A stretch of 64,000 nucleotides of DNA from Microthyrium microscopicum (lineage: Eukaryota): the NCBI GenBank assembly GCA_010405405.1, contig MU004239.1, forward strand, positions 186,001 to 250,000, in the 5' to 3' direction. Both the position numbers and the translations under genes were made by a program. Under the pieces are notes generated by a model. That model saw only the letters and a list, made by a program, of their open reading frames with translations, searched no databases and was not told the origin of the DNA. Within the stretch, counting starts at the first letter, position 1, and each line of letters begins with the position of its first letter. Below are positions 60,520 through 64,000 of this stretch, one piece after another.

Positions 60520-61644
60520 TTACAAGTCCACAATTTTGTAGCTTTTTCGATCCTTGCTTATGATCGTTCGTGTCCGTTTTCTCAGAGCCTCGCCAGATAT
60601 GCTCTCTACGCGCAGCCTTCTCGCCTCTTCCTCCTCATTGGGCTCACGCCACCAATCTGATGCAATAGGCTTCTTGAACCCCATCTTCCCCCAACGTTCC
60701 AGCTTGGCCATATCTAATTGATGGAACGGAGCCCCCATATCTTTTGATACATGATCTTTCAGGTAAAAGTCGTACTTGTGAGGCGGGACATCCTTTGGCC
60801 CCTGGCCACCCTGGAAGAATATGAGATTCATCGTATCGTGATTGTACGATATATTTTGTTCTGGCACTTCAGCCTTCGTCATGGCCTTTTTCGCCTGCTC
60901 CGCCATTTCCGCCATTCTGGCAGCGTTTGTCTTTGGCTGGAAGCGCATAACATAGTCGTCAACCAGTTCCCAATCGTACTGATAACCAGCGTTGTCGTAG
61001 CAAGGCGAGCCTTCTCGGCCTTTCTCGTGACAATAGCGTATGCCATAATCATCGTCGGCGGGATCTAGGAGTGCGGTCTGACGACCCCTCTCGCATTGCT
61101 GGCGCGATTTCAGCTGAGCCTGTTGGTGCTCACTCAGGCCTTCCTGTGGAGGTTCGAGCTGACCTGGAGGATCTGTTGGTATTGGAACGTAGAACTGTGA
61201 TCTAAATTCCTCTGTCATGTCCCAGTTGCCGCGCCGGGGGCGGTTGACGCGACCTGGTGATGGTCGAGGATCCCGCATCTTGGTCCTGTCGTAGTCGAAT
61301 TCGAGGTCAGCGAGTGTCAATTCTGGCTTTGCCTGATCTTCAATGCTAGGGATTGCCTTTTCCACAATGAAGGTTGGCGTGACAAATCTTGGCTTTGGTT
61401 TTCGACGCTTGCACTTTTTGTTGGCCAATTTCCAGTAAAGAGCTGGATTCGTCTCTCGCAATCGTCGATCGTTTTCTATTTTCACGCGTTCGGCTCCTTC
61501 TCGGCGTGCATTCATTCGACGCGCAATTATCTGATCGGCTGGGCACGTCGATTTCATCAATGTTTTCACGGCTTTAGCTTCGTCCTTGCTAACGCCCGCG
61601 GAACCATATTGTCCCCAGCGATACTGTAGGTCCGACGAAATCAT
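60520..61644 (-). CDS. Hypothetical protein, chimeric member (degenerate N + M + C)
   Basis: QYRWGQYGSAGVSKDEAKAVKTLMKS resembles QYRYAKHGFAGLDKSDAREVRLVMAS; LTLADLEFDYDR...PGRVNRPR; CHEKGREGSPCYDNAGYQ; IFF...KDHVSKDMG. Confidence 0.8.
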   Translation of the reverse strand: MISSDLQYRWGQYGSAGVSKDEAKAVKTLMKSTCPADQIIARRMNARREGAERVKIENDRRLRETNPALYWKLANKKCKRRKPKPRFVTPTFIVEKAIPSIEDQAKPELTLADLEFDYDRTKMRDPRPSPGRVNRPRRGNWDMTEEFRSQFYVPIPTDPPGQLEPPQEGLSEHQQAQLKSRQQCERGRQTALLDPADDDYGIRYCHEKGREGSPCYDNAGYQYDWELVDDYVMRFQPKTNAARMAEMAEQAKKAMTKAEVPEQNISYNHDTMNLIFFQGGQGPKDVPPHKYDFYLKDHVSKDMGAPFHQLDMAKLERWGKMGFKKPIASDWWREPNEEEEARRLRVESISGEALRKRTRTIISKDRKSYKIVDL

Positions 61645-62071
61645 AGTTATGATGATCCTTTATGGGGAAAGCATCGATAGAGAGATTGATAATAGTAAAA
61701 ATAGACTGATATGTAATGGCATGCGATCAACTTTCAATCCAAAAGTCGCGTTGTGTCCGAGCGCTGTCGCGACTGTGGCGTATATGCAAGGCTGTATAAG
61801 GCTGAAATTGATCTGCTCTGATTGGCCCTTAGATGATCATGCTCTTCATGAATGATTCTAGATTTCGGTAACACCCAGAAAGTGTATTGCGCACTAACAC
61901 GATTACCGAATGCCGTCAACATCAAAGTATGAAGTCTCCAGGAAATGTCTTTGGCGGACAATGCAATCATAAGAGCAGTTCCCAAACGGCTCAATTACTC
62001 TAACAACATTGAGTCAATGTCATGAACCGAGGCAACGTTGAGGAGAGCATTGATGTGTAGATTGGATATTG

Positions 62072-62986
62072 CTATAAGTCCTTCCTCAGACCTCCACCCC
62101 TACGCATTTTTGACTCTCGTTTCTTTTCTTCCTCATTGGGTTCATGCCACCATGTTTTTGCGTTTTGCTTTTCAAATCCCAGCTCTTGCCAATTGCGAAA
62201 GCTAGCTGAGGTTATTTGATGATAAGGAATTCCAAGGTCTTTCGATAGCTGGTCCTTCATGTAGAAACCCCAATCCCAAAAATCCATATCAAACTCTGGA
62301 CCTCCATCGAAGAAGATTTCGAACATCTTCTGCCGCTCCTCAAACTCCGTGTCCATGTAATCCCTGGACTCGTTCACTATTCTATTCTTGTTATAAGCCC
62401 GGGGCTTCGTCCACTTGTCAACTTTCTTCCAGTCAACCTGGAATCCGCCTTCGTCATAAGTAGGCGAGCCATTTGGACCCTTTTTGTGACAGATGTATAA
62501 GTGATGGCAGTCATAGTAAGGACTCGAAAGGCTCTTCTTGCGAAATGTCGCGTCCCATTGACTTTGGAATGGCAAGATTTCCCCTAATTTGAGGGGCTCT
62601 GGGATGTCAAATCGGGCCTTGTATGAGTCTGTGAGACCCATATTCTCCAGATCGTGCTCATCGTAGCGTGGTCGTGCTTCTCGGCCTGGGGTTGCTCGAG
62701 GATCCCGCAATTGGCTTCTGTTGTAGTCAAACTCAAGATCCGGTGTCGTTAGGTGAGGCTTTGTCTCCTTTGCAATTTGAACGTCTGGCTTGGTCTTGGA
62801 CGTAGCCTTCTTGCGCCCACTAATGGACGTCTTCGGTGCCACCTTGGTCTTCTTGGCAGGTTGGCCTGCCTGGGGCTCATCTTTCGAATGTCGCTTCGAA
62901 TTTTTCGAGTTGATTGAGGACGCACTCGATTGCGTCAGCTTTCCCTCCATCGCGTTAGATTTCGTGCCAGCTCGAGTTGTAGGCAT
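62072..62986 (-). CDS. Hypothetical protein, DLEFDY family (M+C) with a basic NLS-like N-terminus
   Basis: PAKKTK; LTTPDLEFDYNRSQLRDPRATPGREARPRY; CHKKGPNGSPTYDEGGFQVDWKKVD; EIFF...MKDQLSKDLGIPYHQ...WWHEP. Confidence 0.82.
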   Translation of the reverse strand: MPTTRAGTKSNAMEGKLTQSSASSINSKNSKRHSKDEPQAGQPAKKTKVAPKTSISGRKKATSKTKPDVQIAKETKPHLTTPDLEFDYNRSQLRDPRATPGREARPRYDEHDLENMGLTDSYKARFDIPEPLKLGEILPFQSQWDATFRKKSLSSPYYDCHHLYICHKKGPNGSPTYDEGGFQVDWKKVDKWTKPRAYNKNRIVNESRDYMDTEFEERQKMFEIFFDGGPEFDMDFWDWGFYMKDQLSKDLGIPYHQITSASFRNWQELGFEKQNAKTWWHEPNEEEKKRESKMRRGGGLRKDL

Positions 62987-63586
62987 ATTGAAGCTCTATC
63001 TTTGTAAATCAGGCAATGTTGAGAGAAGTATCAAGTGGGCAGTAAGACGGACGCTAGCAAGTCTCGTCCTATATACTTTGAGCTGGTTGAGGAAGGGAAG
63101 CCATTGACATCAGAGGTGCGACGCGGTTAGAGATCGGCTCTAAGGCTGTAAACATGGTTGCGGCAGAATATTGATCTGATTGGTTCATGTGTTTGTCGAT
63201 GGTTTGGAGATAGAGCTTGTCTTATTCTCCGCCATTGGGTACCGTATGTTATGCTTTATCTAGATATCGTGATCGCACGCCAATCACGTTATTTATGCTG
63301 ATACATTTTTTTCCATCTCCACGATATCTTTAGGTGGAGGGCACGCAACAGATCAAGTCAGCCGGTGATATCGTGGGGAAATACCAGGGATGATGTCACG
63401 ACTGCCTCTCATTGGCCCTATCATGATCTGATGATCCCCAATCTTTCCCATGTCCTTGCCGCTCATCCCTCTTCTTCTGTCTCTTCTTTCTCTGCAGAAC
63501 TCCCTTTACACCTTCGTTCCAACCTCAAGAATAAAACTTGGTGTCTGCTTATGTTGTAACTGCTCCCGAACCCGGAACTCGACTCC

Positions 63587-64000
63587 ATGTCCTCTCCTCG
63601 ACCTTCGTCCAGCGGCGGCCGACCACTCACTCCAAAACACCATGACTGGGTCACTGTGGGGCTATTAATATCTTTAGCTCCCCTGTCCATTACTCTAGGC
63701 CTGTTGGTTGCTTTGTCTGATGCTGTGTCAAGGGTTGTTGGACACAGGGGAAAGCTACTTCCTCGACTAAATGCACAATCGAGCAATCGCCGCCTCAATG
63801 GACGTCCCCAACCCCCGAGCCAGTCAGTGGAGACCACTGCTATCCTTGAACAGCCTAGGGGGCCAAAATATAATGTTTTGATAACTGGATCTACACCTTT
63901 GGCATTGGCAATGGCTCGAGAGTTTACTAAAAATGGTCACCGAGTTACCGTAAGCGATCACGAAACTGTTCGGCGAGTAAATCGAGCCCGATATTCGAGA
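63587..64000 (+). CDS. 5' part of a probable MysC-like ATP-grasp ligase (runs off the window)
   Basis: Open frame from ATG 63587 to the window end: hydrophobic LLISLAPLSITLGLLVAL, then NVLITGSTPLALAMAREFTKNGHRVTVSD...ARYSR. Confidence 0.55.
   Translation, partial: MSSPRPSSSGGRPLTPKHHDWVTVGLLISLAPLSITLGLLVALSDAVSRVVGHRGKLLPRLNAQSSNRRLNGRPQPPSQSVETTAILEQPRGPKYNVLITGSTPLALAMAREFTKNGHRVTVSDHETVRRVNRARYSR

Noticed and set aside
33400..64000. Starship or other giant transposon as explanation for the accessory region
   Set aside because: No DUF3435 tyrosine recombinase, transposase or element boundary is recognisable in this window.

Overview
Intron-containing filamentous ascomycete (Pezizomycotina) genomic DNA. 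Intron boundaries were inferred by eye from GT/GC-AG sites, CTRAY branch points and reading-frame continuity. The left half (1-33.3 kb) is mostly housekeeping genes (PRE4, an HCNGP-like gene, PRE7, an L1-domain ribosome-biogenesis gene, PCH2, a Na/Ca exchanger, SAD1, CCT2, a C2-domain gene). It also holds a tandem trio of Cys/Asp-rich hypothetical paralogues, a secreted Gly-rich repeat protein, and an alpha-type pheromone precursor whose promoter carries six CTATTGAG-like motifs. The right half (33.4-64 kb) looks like an accessory region. It begins with two small non-autonomous TIR elements and contains two NLR-like genes (alpha/beta-hydrolase-NB-ARC-TPR and NACHT-WD40), a CorA-like membrane gene broken by one in-frame TAG, HAD and PfkB enzymes, a DUF6604-like gene and the start of a MysC-like ATP-grasp gene. 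The most striking feature is an array of eight intronless genes built from three shuffled modules: N (RYAKHGFAGL...SPxPxGPxDH), M (DLEFDYDR...PGR...CHxKGxxGSPxYD) and C (IFF...MKxxVSKDLxxP...W). They are interleaved with the NLR genes and partly share an ACGCG-containing upstream motif. No database searches were run; family names come from motif recognition.
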